Shown here: one piece after another, positions 28,456-35,759 of the stretch
Numbering within the stretch: position 1 is the first letter of the stretch
How the letters are laid out: each line of letters opens with the position of its first letter
Virus record (IMG/VR): IMGVR_UViG_3300022177_000001
Span: 1-52,363 of that record
Origin: a virus
Taxonomy: Duplodnaviria; Caudoviricetes
Reading direction: 5' to 3' (one strand)
Length of the DNA stretch: 52,363 bases
Position numbers and translations under genes: made by a program
The notes under the pieces: model-generated
What the model saw: only the letters and a program-made list of their open reading frames with translations
The model's database searches: none
Told to the model about the DNA's origin: nothing

Positions 28456-29295
28456 TTACGCCGCCTTCTTCGCCTCGAAATAGAACGGCTCAACGATCCC
28501 GGTATGCCCCATGATCGTGCCCGCGTAGGGAGGCGTCACGGTCAACCCGTCCAGGGTCCGGGCCACGGCCCAGAAGTGGGCCAGGAACAGTTTCGCCGCC
28601 TCGTGCCGGGCGCGGTTCAGACGATGCCCCTTCTTGACCTCGGGTTGCAGCCGCTCAATGCGCGCCTTGCGCTCAAGCAGGAACGCGCCGTAGGGGGTCT
28701 TGGTGGTCTGGCGGTTGAACTGGTCCCCGATGAGGTAGCAGGTGGCGCGGCCAACGCTTGACCAGTTTTGCCGCTTGCCCTTCTCGCGGCGCGGCTTCTT
28801 TCCGTCCAGGACGGCCATGCCCATGAAGGCCCACCACTTGGAGATGTTCGGGAAATCCCGAAGCTCGATCCGGTGCTTGGTCACACCGTCGCCCTTGACG
28901 GACTTCTCGCACGCCGGGCACCAGAAAGTGCCGTCCTTCTTTTCGAGGACCGCCCCGCATGTGCAAACAGGCGTAAACCTGTAGTAGTACAACATGATGA
29001 GCCGCCCCGCGATGGCCGGGCCGATGCCGGGAACGTGCCGCATCCAATCCGTGTAGATCGGCCACGCCAGCAAATCCTTCTCGATGGCCCGGGACAGCCG
29101 GGACTTGATCTGCTCAAGCCCGGAGGATTGCTTGGTACCGTTCAAGAACGGGTCATGTTTCGGATCGGCGTCCGGGTTCAGGGCGTGAAGGCGGTTTTTC
29201 ATGCCCGTGATGACTTTGTTCAGGGCGTCATAGTCGCGGATCGACTTGTTCAGCCGCTGAATCGCCAGTTCGCGTTCCGGGGTGTCGGGCTTCAT
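28456..29295 (-). CDS. tasA: TasA-like Nop-domain RNA-guided DNA-binding protein with Zn-ribbon insertion (279 aa)
   Basis: Coiled coil, VPGIGP..A..LI, F.NISK.WAF.G, and GH..NRA.....KLFL.HFW. No N-terminal DEDD RuvC domain. AGGAGG RBS before MKPDT. Flanked by 36-nt arrays. Confidence 0.85.
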   Translation of the reverse strand: MKPDTPERELAIQRLNKSIRDYDALNKVITGMKNRLHALNPDADPKHDPFLNGTKQSSGLEQIKSRLSRAIEKDLLAWPIYTDWMRHVPGIGPAIAGRLIMLYYYRFTPVCTCGAVLEKKDGTFWCPACEKSVKGDGVTKHRIELRDFPNISKWWAFMGMAVLDGKKPRREKGKRQNWSSVGRATCYLIGDQFNRQTTKTPYGAFLLERKARIERLQPEVKKGHRLNRARHEAAKLFLAHFWAVARTLDGLTVTPPYAGTIMGHTGIVEPFYFEAKKAA

Positions 29296-29310
29296 TGGTC
29301 CTCCTGGGTT

Positions 29311-29640
29311 TGGGGTCGCACAAGGACAAGGGGTTTCATGCCCGGCATGGCTCGCATAGTGGTTACGGGGTTCAAGGTCGGGTTGACTCGCACTGGCGGT
29401 CTGGGTTTCACGCAAAAGCTGGCTCACACGACGGGCCTGTGGTCAAAGGAAACCGTGGCGCATATAGGGGCTGGACTTCATCGTAACCTTGGCTTGCATT
29501 GTCTTCCTGGGGTTCAACGCGCCTTTGGCTCGCACCATCCCTTCGGGTTTCAGTCTCCACATGACTCGCACCCCGCTACTGGGTTTCACCCTCCACTTGG
29601 CTCGCACGACATGGATGGGTTTCATGCCTCTCCGGGCAAC
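29311..29640 (-). ncRNA. TIGR-type dual-repeat guide array 1 (9 units, one degenerate)
   Basis: Same two 9-nt repeats with 9-nt unique spacers and 36-nt period. Confidence 0.92.
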
Positions 29641-29647
29641 CGATGAA

Positions 29648-29676
29648 ATAATACTTTCAGCAAAAATCCATGTCAA
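29648..29676 (-). promoter_or_regulatory. Sigma70 promoter of the TIGR-Tas operon
   Basis: TTGACA, 17 bp, TATTAT; the predicted start near 29641 falls at the first partial repeat. Confidence 0.85.
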
Positions 29677-29719
29677 GCACGGGTTGCGGTTTTTTGCAAA
29701 AAGATTTATTCCTGCCGCC

Positions 29720-29980
29720 ATGCCCACAGACAACAAAATCCTTGCCTCTGAAGAAGAAAAATTTCAGGTGTGGTGCGTGAAAAGCCGGATAGATGAATTT
29801 GCCCGCATGAGAGGGCTTCGCATGGATGAACTGGCCGAAGCGTCTGGCCTGTCCGTCGTGACAATTCGGAAAGCTCGCCGGGACGGCCCGGATGGAATCG
29901 ACACGTTGACGCTCAAGAATCTTCAAAAAATCGCCCGCGCCCTTGACCTTCGCCCAAAAGACCTCTTCTTTGACGACTAA
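29720..29980 (+). CDS. XRE-family HTH regulator
   Basis: RGLRMDELAEASGLSVVTIRK...TLKNLQKIARALD...DLF. Confidence 0.9.
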   Translation: MPTDNKILASEEEKFQVWCVKSRIDEFARMRGLRMDELAEASGLSVVTIRKARRDGPDGIDTLTLKNLQKIARALDLRPKDLFFDD

Positions 29981-30204
29981 ACCCGCGCCTCCATCCCCGC
30001 CCCGCGCCCGGCGTCCATGGCTGGAACGTCAAATTCGATGCTCCGGAAGTTACGACCGCAGTTTGGGCACTTGTGGTAGCGGAACCGCGTCGCGCCGTCC
30101 CATTTTCTGACCTTGTAAGCCGGGACAGAAGTCGCCCCGCACCCAGGGCACCGCGCCCCACTCTTCGGACTGTAGGTGACGCCGTAGTCTCCGGAATCAG
30201 GCAT
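29977..30204 (-). CDS. Ogr/Delta-like zinc-finger protein
   Basis: CPGCG...RYHKCPNCG..F.SIE. Confidence 0.6.
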   Translation of the reverse strand: MPDSGDYGVTYSPKSGARCPGCGATSVPAYKVRKWDGATRFRYHKCPNCGRNFRSIEFDVPAMDAGRGAGMEARV

Positions 30205-30748
30205 TCCGCTCCCCCCTAATCTCTTCCCGCCGCTTTTCGGCCAGGATCATCCGGCGGCGCGTGTTGCGGTTCGTGTTGGGGCGGTGGAAAGTAGGGCGAA
30301 GACGGGATGCGCGCACAGCCTCGGCCATCGCTTTTCTCAAGTCTCGGAGCCTTGAGGACACTTCTTCGCGAATCGTCCCCTTCATCGGCTCAAAATCACG
30401 CATGAATTTGTTTCTGTGCCGCTTTTCGTCGGCCTCCCGGGCGAAGTTGCGCATCCAGAGGGGGGTAAGGACGCCCCCGGCGAGGAACAGGGAGGAGCGG
30501 GGTATCGGGGCACCAGCCAGTTCGTCGAGGCGCAAAATTTTCTCCCACGTCTCCTTGCTCACAAGGCCGCCCGTGGCAAAGCCGTGAGGGTTGCCGCTGG
30601 CGCAAACCGCCGCCCTGTCATCGCCTTGAGCATGGTCAACGCCCATTACGCGGGCCAAATCGTCGGCCTTGGCATCCGCTTGGCGCAACCCGGTTTCGAT
30701 CTCCTGGCCGTCCACGAAAACTTTTCCATCCGCTATGATATTGGGCAT
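30197..30748 (-). CDS. Hypothetical phage protein
   Basis: Coupled ORF in the minus-strand operon. Confidence 0.6.
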   Translation of the reverse strand: MPNIIADGKVFVDGQEIETGLRQADAKADDLARVMGVDHAQGDDRAAVCASGNPHGFATGGLVSKETWEKILRLDELAGAPIPRSSLFLAGGVLTPLWMRNFAREADEKRHRNKFMRDFEPMKGTIREEVSSRLRDLRKAMAEAVRASRLRPTFHRPNTNRNTRRRMILAEKRREEIRGERNA

Positions 30749-31002
30749 CAGTCAACACCTTCCCATTGAACGCATCCAAATTCGGGGCGCGTCGCCAAAA
30801 AACCATAGTAATCATCGCGGTCACCTGACACCGCCAAAGAATCCGGGTGTTCAGGGTCTCCATCGAGAGTTTCTGTCAAAAGGCACTTCCCGAGCCCGTC
30901 ATAAGAGAACGCCCCTGGCGCGGTATAGACGCCTGGGAAAACAAACGCATCTTTCTCCCAATGTTTGCAGTCTTTACACCTGTCCACTTCCCCATCCCCC
31001 AT
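30748..31002 (-). CDS. Cys-rich hypothetical phage protein
   Basis: CKDCKHW...G.C...T...FGC..W pattern. Confidence 0.65.
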   Translation of the reverse strand: MGDGEVDRCKDCKHWEKDAFVFPGVYTAPGAFSYDGLGKCLLTETLDGDPEHPDSLAVSGDRDDYYGFLATRPEFGCVQWEGVD

Positions 31003-31483
31003 CTTTTTCTCTTTTCTCCCGGCTGTCGCGCCGCACCGCCTCCATGAACTCCAGGTCGTTGGTAACGGCGTATTCCATGGTCGCACACCCGTCGTCAGCC
31101 CTGGACGTGAGTTCACGCCTGATCTTGGGATAGCGGGGCTTTTTGCGAGGTTTTCCGATGGTCCTCATGGGGACCGTCTGATGGTCCTCATCGGGACCAT
31201 CTTTATTATCTCCACATATTTCTTCCAGGGCGGGCGCAAATTTGTATATCGTTGCCCTCACCGTCCTGGTTGCGGTGACAACTCCTTTTTGAACCAGCCC
31301 CGCTATCGCCCGCCGCAGACTCCCGCCTTTCAAGCTGGTGGCCGTGGACATCCATTCCCTGCTACGGATCACCCTGCCCGTGCGACGGTCCCGGGCGTGG
31401 GCGAGGCACAGTGCCAAACATTTTTCAGGTGCCGTCAGGTCTTGTCTCGCCATAATCATCGCCTGGATCGAGTACGTGTCCAC
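30974..31483 (-). CDS. Winged-HTH DNA-binding protein
   Basis: LT..EK..L...S.......T.L....L.RAI..L..KG.V. Confidence 0.7.
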   Translation of the reverse strand: MDTYSIQAMIMARQDLTAPEKCLALCLAHARDRRTGRVIRSREWMSTATSLKGGSLRRAIAGLVQKGVVTATRTVRATIYKFAPALEEICGDNKDGPDEDHQTVPMRTIGKPRKKPRYPKIRRELTSRADDGCATMEYAVTNDLEFMEAVRRDSREKREKDGGWGSGQV

Positions 31484-31722
31484 ATTTCGCGCTCCCCGGT
31501 GCGCCTCTCACCATCCTGGAAAGTTTTGCCGGGGCAGGCGGGCCAGGGAACCCGCTTTTCAATTGGCCGATCTAGCCCCGGGCAAAATCTGAAATCTGGC
31601 CAGGGGGATTTCTCCCCCCGGCAGAGGCCGCCCTTTGGTGTGGAGGGGGCACCTGGACGGCCGAATGTCAGGCTTGGGCAGAGCCCGCGCCCATCGCTTT
31701 GACCCATGGGGTCATGCGAAAA

Positions 31723-32109
31723 TCAGCCCCCGGCCGCCTTCACGGCCATGTGTGCGGCCACGGATGACCAGACGGTGTTGCCGATCATGGTGATGGTCGC
31801 CGCCGCAATGACCCACCCGAATTTGACCAGAAAGCCCACAATGACCTCCAGCCGGGTCAGCCGGGCGTCGTTGTCGGCGGCCGACTTCCGCGAGTCTTTG
31901 AGGTCGCGTATCTCGCGGTCCCGGGCGACGTTCGCGGCCTCTTCGGACGCACACCGCTTGTCCCGATCCGACTGCTTGGCCTCGATGCGCGCCACGGCGG
32001 CGGCCGTGTCCTTGCGCACCCCCTCGATGGCGGCCAAAATGCGCGCCTCCATGGCCGTCATCTTGTCTTCCAAGCGCCTGACCTCAGTTTGCAGTTGTTC
32101 CGGCGGCAT
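31723..32109 (-). CDS. Coiled-coil protein with C-terminal membrane anchor (lysis-cassette associated)
   Basis: MPPEQ start, heptad pattern, terminal hydrophobic segment. Confidence 0.65.
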   Translation of the reverse strand: MPPEQLQTEVRRLEDKMTAMEARILAAIEGVRKDTAAAVARIEAKQSDRDKRCASEEAANVARDREIRDLKDSRKSAADNDARLTRLEVIVGFLVKFGWVIAAATITMIGNTVWSSVAAHMAVKAAGG

Positions 32110-32120
32110 TGTCCCGGCCC

Positions 32121-32513
32121 CTAGAGCAACGCGCCAATCAGGTACGGCATAGCCGCGCTCATGAGCGACGTGACAAGTGCCCTGGCCGTGGTCCATGTCG
32201 TCGCGCCCACTTCCACGTCCTGCGCGGCCAGAGCGGCCTTGAAGGTCGCTGTCGCGGCCCGCAGCTCGGTCAAAACGGGATCGATGTCCTGTTCGATGTG
32301 CGCGGCCTTCTCGGGGTACTTGATCTTCGCCCCGGCGACGGCCCCGGCCACAGTCGCCAGCGTCGAATCCAGGTATTCGGCCCCGGCCTGCATCTGGGCC
32401 AACGTGGTGGGCGTGGTTGTGCCGGTGGTCAGTCCGGCACATCCCGGCAGGCACAGCGTCAGGGACAGGACCAGGGCAAAGGCGGCCAGGGTTTTGAAGG
32501 TGGTGCGCTTCAT
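32121..32513 (-). CDS. Lipoprotein, possible spanin component
   Basis: Signal peptide with LPGC lipobox, hydrophobic C-terminus, lysis context. Confidence 0.7.
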   Translation of the reverse strand: MKRTTFKTLAAFALVLSLTLCLPGCAGLTTGTTTPTTLAQMQAGAEYLDSTLATVAGAVAGAKIKYPEKAAHIEQDIDPVLTELRAATATFKAALAAQDVEVGATTWTTARALVTSLMSAAMPYLIGALL

Positions 32514-32845
32514 GGGTTCTCCCCCAGGTAGTATTTGGCCCCGCCCTCGCGGACAGCCGTGAACATAGCGAATGCGCGAAGCATCCGCAGCGGCAACAGC
32601 CACCGCGAACCCTGCGCAATCAAAAGGCACATATTGGCGAAAAACCGCGCATCGGCCGATGAGCGGCTGTTTCCGAAGGCATATTCCACATCATGGCAGT
32701 TGCAGGCGGGGGAGACGTCAAGGCCCCAAATCGTGTTGAGCTTGAGCTTCCACGAGGCGGGTCCGCACCCGTTCATCTGGGCGTCACGGTGCGCCTTGGG
32801 GATGGTTTCCCACCAGGAGGGAAGGGCGAGGGTCACGTCAGGCAT
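32510..32845 (-). CDS. Phospholipase A2-like protein
   Basis: NGCG, AC..HD..Y and R..AD..F..NM motifs. Confidence 0.6.
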   Translation of the reverse strand: MPDVTLALPSWWETIPKAHRDAQMNGCGPASWKLKLNTIWGLDVSPACNCHDVEYAFGNSRSSADARFFANMCLLIAQGSRWLLPLRMLRAFAMFTAVREGGAKYYLGENP

Positions 32846-33068
32846 TTTCGCTTTCCTTGCCCACGAGCGGCCCCTTGGCGGTCGCACGCCCCCAGAAAAT
32901 CACGGGGATGGCCGCAAGCGTCAGGTCTTGGAGCGGATAAATCTCCGTTCCGATGCGGATGGCGATGCCCCATTCCTGGGGAACATGCTGATTGATCCAG
33001 CCGAGAAGGACTGCCAATCCAGCCCACACGGTCTTCGACTTGAGCAGCTTTTCAAGATCGATGGTCAT
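32838..33068 (-). CDS. Putative holin
   Basis: KSKTVW motif, two hydrophobic segments, GR..A..P charged tail. Confidence 0.7.
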   Translation of the reverse strand: MTIDLEKLLKSKTVWAGLAVLLGWINQHVPQEWGIAIRIGTEIYPLQDLTLAAIPVIFWGRATAKGPLVGKESENA

Positions 33069-33207
33069 CCGAGCACCCTCCGGTAAATCAGCCGTTCGTA
33101 CCTGAAGGCCCATTTGTTCGCAGTCACGTCGGAGCATCCCATATCTTTAAGGCGGCAGTAGACGTGCAAAGGGCAAAAAACGTGCTGTAACCACCCGCGA
33201 AGGTTCA

Positions 33208-33624
33208 TCACTTTTTTACCGCCAACTCCACGGCCTGGGCGATGGTCACGGAGTTATAGGGCTGCATCCCGTTTTCCATCTGGATGAACGCGGGGATCAT
33301 CGCCGGGAGCATGTCACGCACAACGATTTTCGCGTCAGGCGAAACCCCCGCCCGGGAAGCAACGAAGTTGGCGTAGGCCGTGGTGTCGTTTTCGTTCGGG
33401 GGAGCCCACCGGCTGACCAGCTTGCGGATCGTGTCCAGGCCGTAGTTTTTTTGGTAGTTCAAAAGGATTCGAGCCATGGCCCGGATGCCGTTGACAGGGG
33501 AGTCGAACGTGACAAACGCCCCGTCGTCGCCCACCTTGCCCCGCCAGTCCGTGGCCGACTTCCGGATGTTGCCGGGGTTGTTGTTGCGGATGCCACGAGG
33601 AAGTTTTTTTTCAGCGCGGGTCAT
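33208..33624 (-). CDS. Lysozyme-like protein (RGIRNNNPGNIR family)
   Basis: RGIRNNNPGNIR, F.....GIRA, RWAP..ENDT..Y and ENG motifs. Confidence 0.85.
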   Translation of the reverse strand: MTRAEKKLPRGIRNNNPGNIRKSATDWRGKVGDDGAFVTFDSPVNGIRAMARILLNYQKNYGLDTIRKLVSRWAPPNENDTTAYANFVASRAGVSPDAKIVVRDMLPAMIPAFIQMENGMQPYNSVTIAQAVELAVKK

Positions 33625-34024
33625 GTTTTTTTACCTCCCCGGCCAGTTCGACCGGCGTCATGTAGCGGTAGATGCCCTTGATCCTGGTCCACCGAACCAG
33701 ATTTCCGGCGCGGATATCGACATGAAACCCGGGGCGTGGCCGCCACTCGGGATAGAAGCCGATGCCGCCGAAGCCAACGGTTTCCAGGATTTCAAGTTCT
33801 CGGGAATGATCCAGGCCGGACGCGAAGTGCAGGTCTGCGGCCATGCCGCGATAGTGGTAGGAGTTGGGCGAATGCCCGTCGTTGTCCCAGGCGACATGGA
33901 TGTGGATGGGCAGCCCGGCGAGGTCTCTGACTGCGTCCAACTTGTGAAGCAACGCATCCGCAACGCGGGAGGGGTCTTTTGGGAACTCGGATGCCTTGAA
34001 ATATTTGAGCGGGGGAAAGGACAT
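33611..34024 (-). CDS. Peptidase M15 family endolysin
   Basis: YF...EF, S.H..G.AAD, GGIG.Y and FHVD.R zinc-peptidase motifs. Confidence 0.88.
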   Translation of the reverse strand: MSFPPLKYFKASEFPKDPSRVADALLHKLDAVRDLAGLPIHIHVAWDNDGHSPNSYHYRGMAADLHFASGLDHSRELEILETVGFGGIGFYPEWRPRPGFHVDIRAGNLVRWTRIKGIYRYMTPVELAGEVKKHDPR

Positions 34025-34451
34025 ACGACGCCTCCCAAGGGTGGGCCGCCGCGACCTCGTGATGACGACGGGCGGCCCCTTTTGGGAAGGCATCTTACAG
34101 CGGAATCAAGAGGGCGTGGTGTCTTAAATTGTCTAATATTGTTCAAAATTGTGCAGTGAGGGCTGGCACTTTTGCGTGAAAATGTGGCCGAAACTCTGTA
34201 TGAAGGGGCACACTCGGTTACCAGCTATACCCCCCCAGGGTTTCACCCCCCCCACCTCCCCCTCGCGCGCGCGTGAGACGGCTACCGCGTCGGGACGAGC
34301 TTGCCGCCGTCCTGGTCCAGGCCGTGACCGCCCACGAGCTAGCCGCGCCTGACTCCTGCCTGCCGTTGACCATCATTTGCGGATCATTCCGGTTTAACCT
34401 CGTGCCGTCCTGGTCCGCGTCTTGCTTTGGCCCTGAGCAGGAGGAACGACC

Positions 34452-34691
34452 ATGACCACCACACCCGAGCTTGACCACACCCAAAGCCAGGCCCCGGCTT
34501 GTGATCTGCTTTCGGCCGCTGAGGCCGCGCGACTGATCGGATTTCGAGCGGTGCAAATGGTTTACCGCCTCGCGGACCTCAAGCCCGCGCGGACCAAACC
34601 CCGGCTTTACCACCTCGCGGACGTGCAGCGGATCGCGGGGGAGTACGAGCGGGCAGGCCGGAGCGGCACCATGCGACGTACAAAATCTTGA
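34452..34691 (+). CDS. Small HTH protein (excisionase/MerR-like)
   Basis: LLSAAEAARLIG......VYRL...LY.L.DV; GAGGA RBS. Confidence 0.65.
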   Translation: MTTTPELDHTQSQAPACDLLSAAEAARLIGFRAVQMVYRLADLKPARTKPRLYHLADVQRIAGEYERAGRSGTMRRTKS

Positions 34692-34768
34692 ACCTTTGCC
34701 CGGCGAAATTCCCCCGCAAACCCGCATGGCATGGCTACATCTTATTGAAATGATTGAAGTATAATTAT

Positions 34769-34784
34769 TTGTACCGAAGTACAA
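34769..34784. promoter_or_regulatory. Palindromic operator-like site in an AT-rich leader
   Basis: TTGTAC-CGAA-GTACAA next to TATAAT, upstream of the plus-strand operon. Confidence 0.5.
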
Positions 34785-34928
34785 TTTTTTTTACGAGCTT
34801 GCCCGGCTATCGTTTGCAAATACCTGAAATCATTCATCGGTTAAATGCTTGTACGAGTGGCACGCCTCTTGCTTTACCTTTGGCATAGGCGAACGGGATC
34901 GGCCCGGGGCCACAAACAGGAGACCGCC

Positions 34929-35393
34929 ATGCTCTCGACCACCGACCACGCCACCCCCGATCCCCTGGTGCCGACGCACCACGGCGCAGAGCACTACGTC
35001 AGCCTAGACGCCATCCGTCGCGCGGCCGTGCGGCTGCATCTGATCGACCCGGCCGATGCCGACCGGCTGGTATCGCCTCACGACCTGCATCAGGACGGCG
35101 GACGCCGCCCAAGCCTGATGGCGGAATTTTTCGACAACTCGCCCGTAGAATACGACTCACGGTGGCTGCGCGTCGGCCACACCGGTCCCACCGTGCGCAC
35201 CATCGCGCGCCCCCTAGGCCGCATCGTGCTCGTAGACGATGACCAGCCCCAGGTATGGGACGGCGACGTCGGCACCAGCGAGGCGCATTTCGCCGCCGAG
35301 GCCGCCCAGACCGAGGCCATCCGGACGTGGTACATGCTGGCCAGCGTGGCCATGGCCTACGAGGGGGCGACCCTCGGCGACATCATGATGTAG
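34929..35393 (+). CDS. Hypothetical protein
   Basis: AGGAG RBS; first gene of an orphan operon. Confidence 0.7.
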   Translation: MLSTTDHATPDPLVPTHHGAEHYVSLDAIRRAAVRLHLIDPADADRLVSPHDLHQDGGRRPSLMAEFFDNSPVEYDSRWLRVGHTGPTVRTIARPLGRIVLVDDDQPQVWDGDVGTSEAHFAAEAAQTEAIRTWYMLASVAMAYEGATLGDIMM

Positions 35394-35402
35394 GAGACCA
35401 CC

Positions 35403-35687
35403 ATGGCAATCGACAGGAGACAGGACATGCACCGCAACACCGCTATCGACCAGATCAATGCCGCCATGCGCGCCCATGAATTCACTCGGGCGGACGAAGT
35501 CGCCCTGGAATACTACCGCGCCCGATTTGCCGACGGCTGGCGGCCCAGCTACGGAGACCTTGGCCGTATCGGCGTGCGTGACGGGGTATACGAGTGCCAC
35601 GTCGCTGATAAGTATGTGGCTGTGTTCGCGGCGCACGAAATAGGAGGGGGCTTTGGCCGCGTGCGCGGAATCGGGACCGTCGCCTAA
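35403..35687 (+). CDS. Hypothetical protein
   Basis: AGGAG RBS overlapping the previous stop codon. Confidence 0.7.
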   Translation: MAIDRRQDMHRNTAIDQINAAMRAHEFTRADEVALEYYRARFADGWRPSYGDLGRIGVRDGVYECHVADKYVAVFAAHEIGGGFGRVRGIGTVA

Positions 35688-35759
35688 CCCCCAGCCGCCT
35701 GCCCGGCGGCACTATGCCCGGGACGCCTGGGCATACACTGCCGAGCAACCGAGGACCAC

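Noticed and set aside
28047-28761. ORFs 28066..28761 (+) and 28047..28238 (-) with 12-aa LAR...GF repeats
   Set aside because: These are shadow translations of the 36-nt array period; 28066..28761 is also antisense to tas.
28456-29427. IS110-family transposase call, and the 323-aa long start
   Set aside because: It shares the PGIG and F...W...G motifs but lacks the DEDD domain and SG loop. The extra N-terminal 44 aa are a translation of array 1, and the RBS supports ATG at 29295.
28051-29640. Calling the arrays CRISPR, or claiming self-targets
   Set aside because: Repeats and spacers are 9 nt with two alternating repeats and no cas genes. Spot checks of a few spacer pairs found no adjacent match in the window, but a full search was not possible.
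29443-29736. 97-aa minus ORF and the N-terminal part of 29489..29980
   Set aside because: They run through array 1 and its promoter; only 29720..29980 looks like a real gene.
34215-34295. C-run and CGCGCGCG tract as a cos site (similar tract at 31540-31650)
   Set aside because: It resembles phage end regions but is far from terS and cannot be assigned without terminus mapping.
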